From NCBI GenBank assembly GCA_018302465.1, contig JAGVZQ010000003.1, forward strand, positions 1 through 63,980: a DNA stretch of 63,980 nucleotides, given 5' to 3'. Origin of the DNA: Candidatus Woesearchaeota archaeon. Lineage in GTDB: Archaea; Nanobdellota; Nanobdellia; SCGC-AAA011-G17; GW2011-AR20. How positions within the stretch are numbered: position 1 is the first letter of the stretch; the number at the start of each line of letters is the position of its first letter. Of the stretch, positions 17,650 through 26,798 are shown one piece after another. A program made the translations under genes and the position numbers. The notes below the pieces were generated by a model. That model was given only the letters and a program-made list of their open reading frames with translations, was not told the origin of the DNA and ran no database searches.

Positions 17650-18474
17650 ATGGTTTTAGAATCTTTAATAGGGCCAGTAAAGGCAGAGAAAAACAAGAAG
17701 TGGTTATTTGTCTATGGCTTAGTTTACGCAGTAATTGGGGTAGTAATGGCACTATGGGTTTTCAGATCTCAAGCTTCAATGGTGATGGTGTTTCTTACAG
17801 TAATAGCAGCCTTCCCGCTATTTTATAAAACATTAAGATATGAGGAAAAAAAAGATTTAAGAAAAAATATCACAGAGAGTGTTTTAATAAAAGAGCACGG
17901 AGAAGCATTAAAATATCTGATGTTTATGTTCATGGGATTTGTAGTTGCCTATACTTTATTATTCCTTGTTCTTCCTAAAGATTTGACTCAGTCTTTATTT
18001 TCCTCACAATTAACAACAATAGAGTCTATAAACTCAAATATAACAGGTAATACAGCAAGCTTAGATATATTTTTTAAAGTTCTTGCAAATAATCTCAGAG
18101 TGATGTTCTTTTGTATATTCTTTGCATTCTTCTATGGAGCAGGGGCTTTGTTTATTTTAGCATGGAATGCTTCTGTGATAGGAGCAGCAGCAGGGGGTTT
18201 TGTTCAGAGTAAAGTATCAGAATATGGGAGCTATCTGTTAGCATTTCCTATTTCTATTATGAGGTATATGACCCATGGAATATTTGAAATATTGGCCTAT
18301 TTTATAGCAGGACTGGCAGGAGGAATAATCTCGGTAGCTGTAATAAATCACAAAACAACATCAGAGCAGTTTAAACATATAATAATAGACAGTTTAGACT
18401 TGATGTTGCTAGGCTTTGTAGTTTTAATATTCGCAGCATTTGTAGAAGTTTATATTACTCCAATATTTTTTTAA
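17650..18474 (+). CDS. SpoIIM/DUF95-family membrane protein
   Basis: YGAGALFILAWNASVIG...HGIFEILAYFIAGLAG motifs. Confidence 0.65.
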   Translation: MVLESLIGPVKAEKNKKWLFVYGLVYAVIGVVMALWVFRSQASMVMVFLTVIAAFPLFYKTLRYEEKKDLRKNITESVLIKEHGEALKYLMFMFMGFVVAYTLLFLVLPKDLTQSLFSSQLTTIESINSNITGNTASLDIFFKVLANNLRVMFFCIFFAFFYGAGALFILAWNASVIGAAAGGFVQSKVSEYGSYLLAFPISIMRYMTHGIFEILAYFIAGLAGGIISVAVINHKTTSEQFKHIIIDSLDLMLLGFVVLIFAAFVEVYITPIFF

Positions 18475-18475
18475 A

Positions 18476-18760
18476 TCATTTTCTTCCAGGCTTATATCCT
18501 ACCACCTCTTCAATAACTTTGGATAAATCTATTCTTGTCCATTCTCCTGTTGCAACTCTTTCACGAAACTCACATTTTCTAGGTTTATCAACGGGTTTTA
18601 AGCTCTTAAGCCACATACCCCACAAACATACTTCCTCAATATCTATCAATGAAGCCCCCCTATATCCACTCACATCTTCAAGATAAGGGCACCCATCACA
18701 ATCCTTTGTTCTTTGTTTTACAATCATTTTATACATAAAAAATAAGAATATAAAAAGCAT
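18476..18760 (-). CDS. Small 4-Cys protein, paralog of 18760-19062 (start uncertain; internal MYKMIVK possible)
   Basis: DCDGC...C...RKCEF pattern shared with the upstream ORF. 1-nt overlap. Confidence 0.45.
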   Translation of the reverse strand: MLFIFLFFMYKMIVKQRTKDCDGCPYLEDVSGYRGASLIDIEEVCLWGMWLKSLKPVDKPRKCEFRERVATGEWTRIDLSKVIEEVVGYKPGRK

Positions 18761-19062
18761 TAAAATAATTGTGTTTGAAGACTTACAGCCTCTCTTCTTT
18801 CTTCTCTTCTAGATTCTGCTGCTTCAATTTGAAATAATTCTGCACTAATCTCATCATCAGACCATGTTCTGGCAGGTCTAAGTCTATGGTTAAAAATCTC
18901 ACAATGCCTTCTATGGTAGTTTAGATTTTCATCCAGAAGTTTTAACCCTTTACCGTATACACAAAGAGGAACATCAGAACCATGATAAGAACCAATCCTA
19001 CGCAAGTCACATTCTTCACAATCAAGTGTTGGTTTTTTAGGCTCAAGGCTTTTGTACGTCAT
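18760..19062 (-). CDS. Small 4-Cys protein (putative Zn-ribbon-like), unknown family
   Basis: DCEEC...C...RHCEIF pattern with a charged C-terminal tail. Confidence 0.45.
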   Translation of the reverse strand: MTYKSLEPKKPTLDCEECDLRRIGSYHGSDVPLCVYGKGLKLLDENLNYHRRHCEIFNHRLRPARTWSDDEISAELFQIEAAESRREERREAVSLQTQLF

Positions 19063-19080
19063 AAAAACTAACTTTAAAAA

Positions 19081-20823
19081 TTATTCTAAAACAGCCTTTA
19101 TCCTTCTAACCCCTGCTGCAACGCCTTCCTCTTTAACAATTTTAAACCTGCCTAATTCAGCAGTATTCTCAACATGGGGTCCAGTGCAGAATTCCTTTGA
19201 AAAATTTCCAATGGAATAGACTCTGACCTTATCAGGATACTTCTGGTCAAAGAAATGCAGTGCCCCGCTTTTTTTAGCTTTCTCAAAAGGCATTTCTTCA
19301 TAACTAACTTCTATTTGATTTTTAATTTGCTCATTTACAATATTCTCCACTTTCTTTATTTCTTCATCTGTCATCTTGCTATCATGAGAAAAATCAAACC
19401 TTAATCTTTCAGGAGTTATATTTGATCCTTTCTGCTCTACATGCTCTCCTAATACTTTTCTCAGAGCCTGATGCAATAAATGAGTAGCAGTATGCAATTT
19501 TCTGGTATCATGAGATTGATCAGCCAAACCAGAAGCAAATCTTTTCTCGCTTGAACTTCTGCTTAACTTCTGGTGCTTTCTTAATTCTTCTCCAAATTCA
19601 TTCTCATCAACTTTTAGATTATTTTCTTTTGCTAAATCTTTTGTTATTTCAATTGGAAATCCAAAACTCTGGTATAAGTCAAAGCTTAATTTTCCAGGAA
19701 TTATTTTCTTTACATCTTTAATCTTTCTTTCAAATACTCTCAATCCTTTCTCTAATGCAGATTTAAATTTCTCTTCCTCATTCATTATTTCTTCTAAAAC
19801 AAAACTCTCATTAATTTTTAATTCAGGATATATCTCAGAATATGTTTCTATAACAACCTCAGCAACACTTGATAAAGATGTTTGCATTTCTAATTTTTGT
19901 GCATGAATATAAGCTCTTCTTATTAATTTTCTTAAAACATATCCCTGTTCAACATTGCTGGGCATTACTCTCTCAGCAAGTATAAAAACAGAAGCCCTTA
20001 CATGGTCTGCAATAATTCTTTCAGAATTTTTATTTTCCTTTTTAATTAACATACTTATTCTTTTCATTATTGGCAAGAATAAATCAGTTTCATAAACAGA
20101 ACTTTTACCCTCTAAAACAGCAACAGTTCTCTCTACCCCCATTCCAGTATCAACATTTTTTTGTTTTAATTGCTCAAACTTTCCATCTTCATTTTTGTTA
20201 TACTGCATAAATACATCATTCCAGATTTCTACAAATTTCTTGCAATTAGAAGGGTTTTCATCTTTCTTTGGTTTATTATCAGAATTCCAGTAAAACATTT
20301 CAGAATCTGGTCCGCAAGGCCCTGTTTTTCCAGCAGGTCCCCACCAATTATCTTTCTTGCCTAAAAAGAAGATATGATCCTCTTTAATCCCCAATCCTCT
20401 CCATATACCTGCAGCTTCTTCATCTTTAGGAGCATCTTCATCTCCGATAAAGCAGGTAACATATATTTTTTCCTTAGGAATATTAAGATATTTAGTTAGA
20501 AACTCATAAGACCAGCTTAAAGCCTCCTTCTTAAAATAATCTCCTAAACTCCAGTTCCCAAGCATCTGGAAAAAAGTTAAATGAGTTTCATCTCCAACCT
20601 CCGAAATATCAGTAGTTCTTATACATTTCTGGACATTAACTATCCTCTTCCCCTTAGGATGCGGTTCTCCAAGTAAGAAAGGAACTAAAGGATGCATTCC
20701 AGCAGTTGTAAATAGCACAGTAGGGTCATTTTCAGGAACTAAAGGAGAGTTGGGAATAACAGCATGATTTTTACTTTTAAAAAATTCTAAATACTTTTTA
20801 ATTAATTCATTAGATTTCATCAT
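19081..20823 (-). CDS. alaS: Alanyl-tRNA synthetase, bacterial-type, lacking the C-Ala domain
   Basis: LVPENDPTVLFTTAGMHPLVPF..QKCIRT.D..VGD.THLTFFQMLGNWSLGDYFK. Editing-domain motif HTATHLLHQAL. Ends right after the editing domain (about 580 aa). Start set at MMKSNEL. Confidence 0.9.
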   Translation of the reverse strand: MMKSNELIKKYLEFFKSKNHAVIPNSPLVPENDPTVLFTTAGMHPLVPFLLGEPHPKGKRIVNVQKCIRTTDISEVGDETHLTFFQMLGNWSLGDYFKKEALSWSYEFLTKYLNIPKEKIYVTCFIGDEDAPKDEEAAGIWRGLGIKEDHIFFLGKKDNWWGPAGKTGPCGPDSEMFYWNSDNKPKKDENPSNCKKFVEIWNDVFMQYNKNEDGKFEQLKQKNVDTGMGVERTVAVLEGKSSVYETDLFLPIMKRISMLIKKENKNSERIIADHVRASVFILAERVMPSNVEQGYVLRKLIRRAYIHAQKLEMQTSLSSVAEVVIETYSEIYPELKINESFVLEEIMNEEEKFKSALEKGLRVFERKIKDVKKIIPGKLSFDLYQSFGFPIEITKDLAKENNLKVDENEFGEELRKHQKLSRSSSEKRFASGLADQSHDTRKLHTATHLLHQALRKVLGEHVEQKGSNITPERLRFDFSHDSKMTDEEIKKVENIVNEQIKNQIEVSYEEMPFEKAKKSGALHFFDQKYPDKVRVYSIGNFSKEFCTGPHVENTAELGRFKIVKEEGVAAGVRRIKAVLE

Positions 20824-20897
20824 TGTGAAGTACATAAAAGTCTTTAAATATCTTATGCACGGAAACATCTAAATACTTTCTTATCTTATATTACAAA

Positions 20898-22130
20898 ATG
20901 CCTGTTAATCCTAAATTCATATCCAAGAATGAGTTAAGGAAAATAATACAGGAGAATTACATAGGTTTTGAAAAAATAACTAAATTAGACAAGCAGGATT
21001 TCTTCGGCTCTTCCCCCCCTACAATATTTATTGGCTCTAAATTGCGCTATCCTCAGGTAAATGTAGGTATTCTAAGCCCGCCAGAAGAAACAGAAAGTGC
21101 ATGGATTCATGATGCTCAGACCTACTGGCCTCAAACAGATTTTACAATAGGAGATATTATAAAATTAAGATCAGCTTTAATCAATTCAAGGTTCACAACA
21201 ACTGTAAAATCTTTTTCTTCAGATAATAAGTTCTTAGACATAGCCCAGGAGATTGGAATTGGTTCTAAACCTGTAGATATAGAAATATCATTAAAAAAGA
21301 AACCAAAATTTTCCACAAGTTTTGATAATATAAGACTACCCATGGGACCAGGAGTTAGGTTAGAAAAGGTAAGAATCACAGAAAATGTTAAAGTAAATCC
21401 AACAGTTGACAAAATAATCTCTGATGTTGATCTAAAAGCAAATGACGCCTCTAATTATTTATTTTCAAAAGGTATAGATGAGCATACAATTTCTCAATTG
21501 CTTACGATTGGAGTTCTAGGATTAAAAAAGAACAGAAAACTAGTTCCAACTAGATTTTCAATAACCGCAACAGATGACAATATAGGGAAAAATATAATAA
21601 AGGAAATAAAAGATTATAATCCAATAGATGATTTCAGAATTTACGAAGGGAATTATTTTGGAAATTATTATTACATTCTGATGTTTCCGGGCGTTTTCAA
21701 TTATGAATTATTTGAAGGTTATATGCCAAGGAGCAGTTGGAATTCTCATTCGGGAGAGATAAAATGGGCAACAGATTCTGAAACTCATTTTGGGAGAAAA
21801 ACCTACGCTTCTAATACTGTTGGAGGTTATTATGCTGCTAGACTTCCAATTTTACATCATTTAAAACAAATGAAAAGACAAGCATTAGTTTTAGTTATAC
21901 GATTTGAAACAGAGGAATATTATGCTGCACTTGGAGTCTGGGTTGTAAGGTCAGCAGCAAGAAAAGCTTTAAGCAACAAAGAAAGAACTTTTGATTCAAA
22001 AGAAAACATGTTAAAGTATCTAAGGGCAGTTATCTATGGAAAGTTTAATTATGATATTGATATTATTCTTAAAAGAAGTGTTATGATGAATAGTATATTA
22101 AAACAAAAAAATCTTTCCCAATTTATATAA
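20898..22130 (+). CDS. nreA: NreA-like archaeal DNA repair protein (DUF650/DUF651)
   Basis: FFGSSPPTIFIGSKLRYPQVNVGILSPP N-terminal pattern and a size of about 410 aa, as recalled for the Nre family. Confidence 0.55.
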   Translation: MPVNPKFISKNELRKIIQENYIGFEKITKLDKQDFFGSSPPTIFIGSKLRYPQVNVGILSPPEETESAWIHDAQTYWPQTDFTIGDIIKLRSALINSRFTTTVKSFSSDNKFLDIAQEIGIGSKPVDIEISLKKKPKFSTSFDNIRLPMGPGVRLEKVRITENVKVNPTVDKIISDVDLKANDASNYLFSKGIDEHTISQLLTIGVLGLKKNRKLVPTRFSITATDDNIGKNIIKEIKDYNPIDDFRIYEGNYFGNYYYILMFPGVFNYELFEGYMPRSSWNSHSGEIKWATDSETHFGRKTYASNTVGGYYAARLPILHHLKQMKRQALVLVIRFETEEYYAALGVWVVRSAARKALSNKERTFDSKENMLKYLRAVIYGKFNYDIDIILKRSVMMNSILKQKNLSQFI

Positions 22131-22147
22131 TATAAAATATATTTTCC

Positions 22148-22190
22148 ACTCACTAGTCCATCGGACAACCCCTCGCACCAACTTTATAAA
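22148..22190 (+). promoter_or_regulatory. Conserved promoter module, copy B: 28-nt core (22148-22175), 7-nt spacer, TATA (22183-22190)
   Basis: ACTCACTAGTCCATCGGACAACCCCTCG-N7-TTTATAAA, with 23 nt to the ATG at 22214. Confidence 0.7.
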
Positions 22191-22213
22191 CGCCAGAATG
22201 TTATAATCAAAAA

Positions 22214-23013
22214 ATGGATTCAAACAAGGCTCTGGTTGTTTTTCAGGGAAAACAGGTAAGAAGAAAATGGTTTAATGATGAATGGTGGTTTTCTGTAGTT
22301 GATATAGTAGGAGCATTAACTCAAACAGATAGAGCCAGAAAATATTGGTCTGATCTAAAAACCAAGCTTCAGGATGAGGGTTTTGAAGTGTCCGAAAAAA
22401 TCGGACAGTTGAAATTAATGGCAGAAGATGGTAAATTAAGGCTCACCGATTGTGCCAACACAAAAAATATGTTTAGGATTATCCAATCTATCCCATCCCC
22501 CAAAGCAGAACCTTTCAAGATGTGGCTGGCACAAGTTGGTTATGACAGAGTAAAAGAAATAGAAAACCCAGAATTAGCCCAAAAAAGAATGAAAGAAATC
22601 TATAAGCAAAAAGGCTATTCTGATGAATGGATAGAAAAGAGAGTAAGAGGCATAGCTATAAGAGATGAGTTAACAGATGAATGGGATAAAAGAGGAGTTA
22701 AAACAGACAAAGAATTCTCAATTTTAACAGCTGAAATTTCAAAAGCAACTTTTTTAATAAAGAAAATCTAAGAGACCACATGAATGATTTAGAATTAATT
22801 TTCACAATGTTAGGGGAAAGAGTGTCTACTGAAATAACAAGAACAGAAGACAAGCAGGGATTTAAGGAGGCAGAGGATGCAGCTAAAAGAGGAGGAAAAA
22901 TCGCAGGTAATGCAAGAAAAGAAACAGAAAAAGAGTTAAGAAAACCAATAACCTCAAAAGAAAATTATCTTGAAGAGCCGGAAATTTATAAGAAAAAAAG
23001 ATTAAGCAAGTGA
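22214..23013 (+). pseudogene. Bro-N / DinD-like (phage antirepressor-type) gene split into two ORFs (22214-22771 and 22780-23013) by a -1 frame change at a T6 run
   Basis: The N-terminal part, VFQGKQVRRKWFNDEWWFSVVDIVGALT, is a Bro-N domain. The second ORF frame reads ..FFNKENLRDHMNDLELIFTMLGE..KRGGKIAGNARKE, the usual C-terminal half of DinD-like proteins. The frames join at T TTT TTA (22750-22756). Confidence 0.7.
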
Positions 23014-23016
23014 TAA

Positions 23017-23259
23017 TTATTTAATTTCTATTAATTTCTCTCTACTTCTTAATCCAGAAATAATCCTTGCTTTTTTCTTAGTTAATTTGCTTAAAAATTT
23101 AATAATTTCCTTATTTGCTTTATTATCTTCCGCTCTCTCTTTTATATTAAATCTATAAAATTTCTTAACCTCATCGTAAACAATCTCACTCTTTTTAGAA
23201 TTAGCTTTTACAATAATTTTAAATTTATTAGGAAACTCTATATCAAATAAAACAGAAAT
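23017..23259 (-). CDS. DUF167 (YggU/UPF0235)-like protein, with no canonical start codon in the open frame
   Basis: Reverse-strand translation: FDIEFPNKFKIIVKANSKKSEIV...ERAEDNKANKEIIKFLSKLTKKKARIISGLRSREKLIEIK*. Not in the ORF track because it lacks an ATG. Confidence 0.5.
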   Translation of the reverse strand: MSVLFDIEFPNKFKIIVKANSKKSEIVYDEVKKFYRFNIKERAEDNKANKEIIKFLSKLTKKKARIISGLRSREKLIEIK

Positions 23260-23305
23260 CTACTTAAATAAGGTTTCTATAAGGAAATAAAGGGGGTTTA
23301 CAAAG

Positions 23306-23707
23306 ATGAGTCTAAAAAATTTAAATAAGTACAATGACTGGGCTCCTCTATTGTTAAGACTAGCCTTAGGAGCAGTTTTCATAGTGCATGGTGCACAAAA
23401 ACTGTTTGGAGGCATAACAGGAACAACAGGGTTTTTTGACAGTGTAGGAATACCTTTAGCAGGAGTTTTTGCTGTTGTAGTAGCTTTAGTAGAGTTCCTT
23501 GGCGGTATAGCCTTAGTTCTAGGGGTCTTAACAAGATATGCTAGTCTGCTATTGGCAATTAACATGCTTGTAGCATTGTTAGTAGTACATCTAAAAAATG
23601 GATTTTTTGTCAGTAATTCTGGCTTTGAGTTTGTTTTAGTACTGTTAGCAGGATCACTAGCTCTATTGATTAGAGGACCCGGAAAAATAGCAATACAGAA
23701 AGAGTGA
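23306..23707 (+). CDS. DoxX-family membrane protein
   Basis: WAPLLLRLALGAVFIVHGAQKLFG motif, 4 TM. Confidence 0.8.
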   Translation: MSLKNLNKYNDWAPLLLRLALGAVFIVHGAQKLFGGITGTTGFFDSVGIPLAGVFAVVVALVEFLGGIALVLGVLTRYASLLLAINMLVALLVVHLKNGFFVSNSGFEFVLVLLAGSLALLIRGPGKIAIQKE

Positions 23708-23743
23708 ATTTAGCAAAATTCACAAACATTTTTTTTCTTTTTT
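23707..23743 (+). repeat. 37-bp direct repeat, copy 1 (starts at the last base of the DoxX stop codon)
   Basis: AATTTAGCAAAATTCACAAACATTTTTTTTCTTTTTT is identical to 24428-24464. Confidence 0.9.
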
Positions 23744-23788
23744 CATAAACAGAAAGGTTTTTATATGTGAAAACACATTAATCCACAT

Positions 23789-24016
23789 ATGGGGAATATA
23801 ACCTTATCAATACCAGAAGAACTCCAAAAAAAGATGAAAAAACATAGTGATATCAGATGGAGTGAAGTAATTAGAAAAACAATCCAAAGAAGAATTGAAG
23901 ACCTGGAGTTATTAGACAGCTTAACTACAAGAAGTGAATTAACTCAGGAAGGCGCTCTTGAAATAAGCAAAAAAATTGATGCCAGCGTAGCTAAAAAATT
24001 AGGGTTAGTGAGATGA
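23789..24016 (+). CDS. Antitoxin-like small protein partnered with the PIN gene
   Basis: 75 aa, ITLSIPEELQKKMKK... Homologous to 53614-53850. 4-nt overlap with the PIN gene. Confidence 0.55.
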   Translation: MGNITLSIPEELQKKMKKHSDIRWSEVIRKTIQRRIEDLELLDSLTTRSELTQEGALEISKKIDASVAKKLGLVR

Positions 24017-24429
24017 TTGTAGTAATAGATACAAACATTATTATTTCTGCATTAATCAAAGATTCTATAACAAGAGAAATTCTCATTAATTCAAATTTAA
24101 CTTTCAAATATCCAGAAATATCAATGCAGGAGATATTTAAGTATAAGAATTACATTATGGAAAAATCAGGATATAATAAAGAAAAATTAGAAAAAATACT
24201 AAACAAGCTTTTGGAACATATTGATCTCATACCACTAGAACTTGTTAAACCATGGCTGAACAGCTCAAAAGAGATTATGGAAGAAATCGATATAAATGAC
24301 ACAATTTTCATAGCAACATCTTTAGCTCTGGATAAAGCAGTTATCTGGAGTGATGATGCAGATTTTGAAAGGCAAAAAATAGTAAAAATTCTTAAAACAA
24401 AAGATCTAATTCAAATGTTTAAGAAATAA
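24013..24429 (+). CDS. PIN-domain toxin
   Basis: MIVVIDTNIIISALI...IWSDDADF acidic residues typical of PIN. Confidence 0.7.
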   Translation: MIVVIDTNIIISALIKDSITREILINSNLTFKYPEISMQEIFKYKNYIMEKSGYNKEKLEKILNKLLEHIDLIPLELVKPWLNSSKEIMEEIDINDTIFIATSLALDKAVIWSDDADFERQKIVKILKTKDLIQMFKK

Positions 24430-24464
24430 TTTAGCAAAATTCACAAACATTTTTTTTCTTTTTT
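24428..24464 (+). repeat. 37-bp direct repeat, copy 2 (starts inside the PIN stop codon)
   Basis: Identical to 23707-23743. Confidence 0.9.
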
Positions 24465-24538
24465 GTTGATTTTTTTGGTTTAACCATTAAATTCACCCCA
24501 TTAATTTTAAATAAAAGAAGTATAAAAATATTATTCTT

Positions 24539-25267
24539 TTAGGCTGTTAAATCCCATGTAAGTTCTTCAACCACTTCTCCAGTATAAGCATGTATAATAA
24601 GGCTTTTACCATTTTCATAATAAGTCCCGCCAGAACCGCCTTTATCAAGAGTATTGCTTACCTGCCATGTCCAAATATCTTTATACAAGCGTAACTCCGT
24701 CTTATAACCATTTATACCTCCTTCTAATCCGTTCTCCATAGCAATCTTAACAGCTTCTTCCTCACTTATACTGCCCGAATAAAACACAGGAGACAAAGTT
24801 TGATTATTAGGTTCAAATTTTTTTTCATAAATAATAGTTCCAGTTTCATCTTCACATACCATTACTTCTTTAACCTTATATCCTTCAAATAAGAAATTAC
24901 AGGTGTATCCTTCTTCAATTAGGTCTAAACCAGAATATGGGAAATTTTCTAAAATCAAACTAAATGTTGCTGTATAATCTTCTTTAGTATCTTTTAAAAT
25001 TACGTTATATTCATTAAATATACCACAGTCATTAGAAGCACCTTCAGGTAATTCTACATCATTACAATTGATAGGTGTCTCTATAACTACTGCCCTAACA
25101 AGTCGTGCATTTGGAGGAAAAATATCTTCAGGATTCATGTTAGGCAAATCACTTTCTAAATATCCTTTAAGTGAGCTAGGTCCCCCTATGTTATCAATAA
25201 TTTGATAATTACATCCACTAATAACAAAAAGTGAAATTACAAGCATTCCAAATAATATTTTTTTCAT
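24539..25267 (-). CDS. Lipoprotein with a PepSY-like C-terminal region, unknown function
   Basis: Lipobox FVISGCNY. C-terminal EEAVKIAMENGL...HAYTGEVVE. Confidence 0.4.
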   Translation of the reverse strand: MKKILFGMLVISLFVISGCNYQIIDNIGGPSSLKGYLESDLPNMNPEDIFPPNARLVRAVVIETPINCNDVELPEGASNDCGIFNEYNVILKDTKEDYTATFSLILENFPYSGLDLIEEGYTCNFLFEGYKVKEVMVCEDETGTIIYEKKFEPNNQTLSPVFYSGSISEEEAVKIAMENGLEGGINGYKTELRLYKDIWTWQVSNTLDKGGSGGTYYENGKSLIIHAYTGEVVEELTWDLTA

Positions 25268-25373
25268 TTTATCTCAGAAGTAATAATCTTAACAGCTATA
25301 TAAATAATACTTTCACTTCAATCCTACTTGAACAAATAAAAAGTATTTAAAACAATTAATAATTATAAAATTC

Positions 25374-25952
25374 ATGTCTAAATCAGAAAAATACATCCTA
25401 GTAAACCTAGAAGATGAAAAATCAAAGAAAATAGCAGAATCTATTTCAAATAAAACAGCAAGGAAAATTCTGGACTATTTAAGCAATAAAGAAGAATCAG
25501 GAGCAGAGGAAATTTCAAAAGAACTAAAACTGCCAATTTCAACTATAGATTATAATCTTAAAAACTTAAAAAAAGCAGGATTAATAGAGACAAAGCATTT
25601 CGAATGGAGCCAAAGAGGAAAAAGAATAATTCTTTACAGTTTAGCAAGAAAGTTCATAGTCATAGCCCCTAAATTTTCAAATATAAAAAAGGAATTAAAA
25701 AATATCCTTCCATTAGTAGGAATAACAGGAATAATATCAATAATTATACAATATTTAACAAAACCAAGACCAATTTTACAGGCAGCAAAATCAATGCAGG
25801 ATTCAGTATTGGCAGAACAAAGCATGGCATTTGATGCATCACAAACAGATCTAATAGTGCAAAATCATAATTATGGGTTATGGTTCTTTTTTGGAGCTTT
25901 ATTTATCATAGTAATATATTTCTTAATAAAAATAGTAAGAAGTAAAGACTAG
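25374..25952 (+). CDS. Membrane-anchored ArsR-type winged-helix protein
   Basis: ARKILDYLSNKEESGAEEISKELKLPISTIDYNLKNLKKAGLIE followed by 2 TM segments. Confidence 0.55.
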   Translation: MSKSEKYILVNLEDEKSKKIAESISNKTARKILDYLSNKEESGAEEISKELKLPISTIDYNLKNLKKAGLIETKHFEWSQRGKRIILYSLARKFIVIAPKFSNIKKELKNILPLVGITGIISIIIQYLTKPRPILQAAKSMQDSVLAEQSMAFDASQTDLIVQNHNYGLWFFFGALFIIVIYFLIKIVRSKD

Positions 25953-26641
25953 CCCCATCTTTCAAACTTAATGTTTTCTTTGCTAACACCAATAGAGTCT
26001 AAAACTTCTTTTAACCCATTGACCATTTCAGTAGGCCCACATAAATAAAATACAGAATTCTTATCCACATTACAATTTATCATTTCCTCGTTTATCCTTC
26101 CTGTACATCCATTCCATTTCTCTTCAGAAGTCTCAGGTCTTGTTATAGTAATTATATTCTTAATCTTCCATTTACTCATTTCTTCCTTGTAAATAATATC
26201 CTCTGGTTTTTTATAGCAGCCGATTAGTGTTATTTCAGTATCCCATTTATTATCTGCAACAGTTTTTATTATGCTTCTAAACGGAGCAATTCCCGTTCCC
26301 CCATAAATAAGCACTATCTTGTCTCCCATATCTTTTCTGTAATTAAAATGACCAAAAGGACCGTTAATAACTAATATATCTCCAACTTTAGATTTATCAA
26401 GTAAAGGAGAAAATTTTCCATTAGAATAAATCTTGACTGTAATTTCTAAAAACTCTTTATCCTCAGAAGAAGATGATATTGAATAAGCCTTTGCATTCTT
26501 TGGATTTTCTTCTAAAGCAACCATAACAAATTGTCCTGGCAGGAATGGCATGCTCCCTCCTTTATTAAACTTTAACCTAAATGTCTTTACATCACTTGTT
26601 TCTTTAATAATTTCAGATATTGTAACATTTAGCTTAACCAT
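25949..26641 (-). CDS. Ferredoxin-reductase-type FAD/NAD(P)-binding oxidoreductase
   Basis: PGQFVMV..YSISSS..GGTGIAPF motifs. Confidence 0.7.
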   Translation of the reverse strand: MVKLNVTISEIIKETSDVKTFRLKFNKGGSMPFLPGQFVMVALEENPKNAKAYSISSSSEDKEFLEITVKIYSNGKFSPLLDKSKVGDILVINGPFGHFNYRKDMGDKIVLIYGGTGIAPFRSIIKTVADNKWDTEITLIGCYKKPEDIIYKEEMSKWKIKNIITITRPETSEEKWNGCTGRINEEMINCNVDKNSVFYLCGPTEMVNGLKEVLDSIGVSKENIKFERWG

Positions 26642-26777
26642 AAAATGAAAGAAAAATGAAAGTTTTTAAGGGTTATTATTTCTTGAGCTGTAAAGTAAAC
26701 GTCACCCAAAAAGAAAATTTTTTGAAATTTGAAAAGAATAAAAGTAGAGATTAACATCCGTAAGGTATTTAAATATA

Positions 26778-26787
26778 AGAATATTCT
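26778..26787. promoter_or_regulatory. Perfect 10-bp palindrome AGAATATTCT between a TATA-like box and the ArsR start (candidate operator)
   Basis: Read directly. It lies 11 nt upstream of the ATG at 26799 and downstream of TATTTAAATA. Confidence 0.35.
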
Positions 26788-26798
26788 AATATATTATT

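Noticed and set aside
23260-23565. Minus-strand ORF 23260-23565
   Set aside because: It is antisense to a well-supported DoxX gene. Its product is a low-complexity P/K/T-rich sequence.
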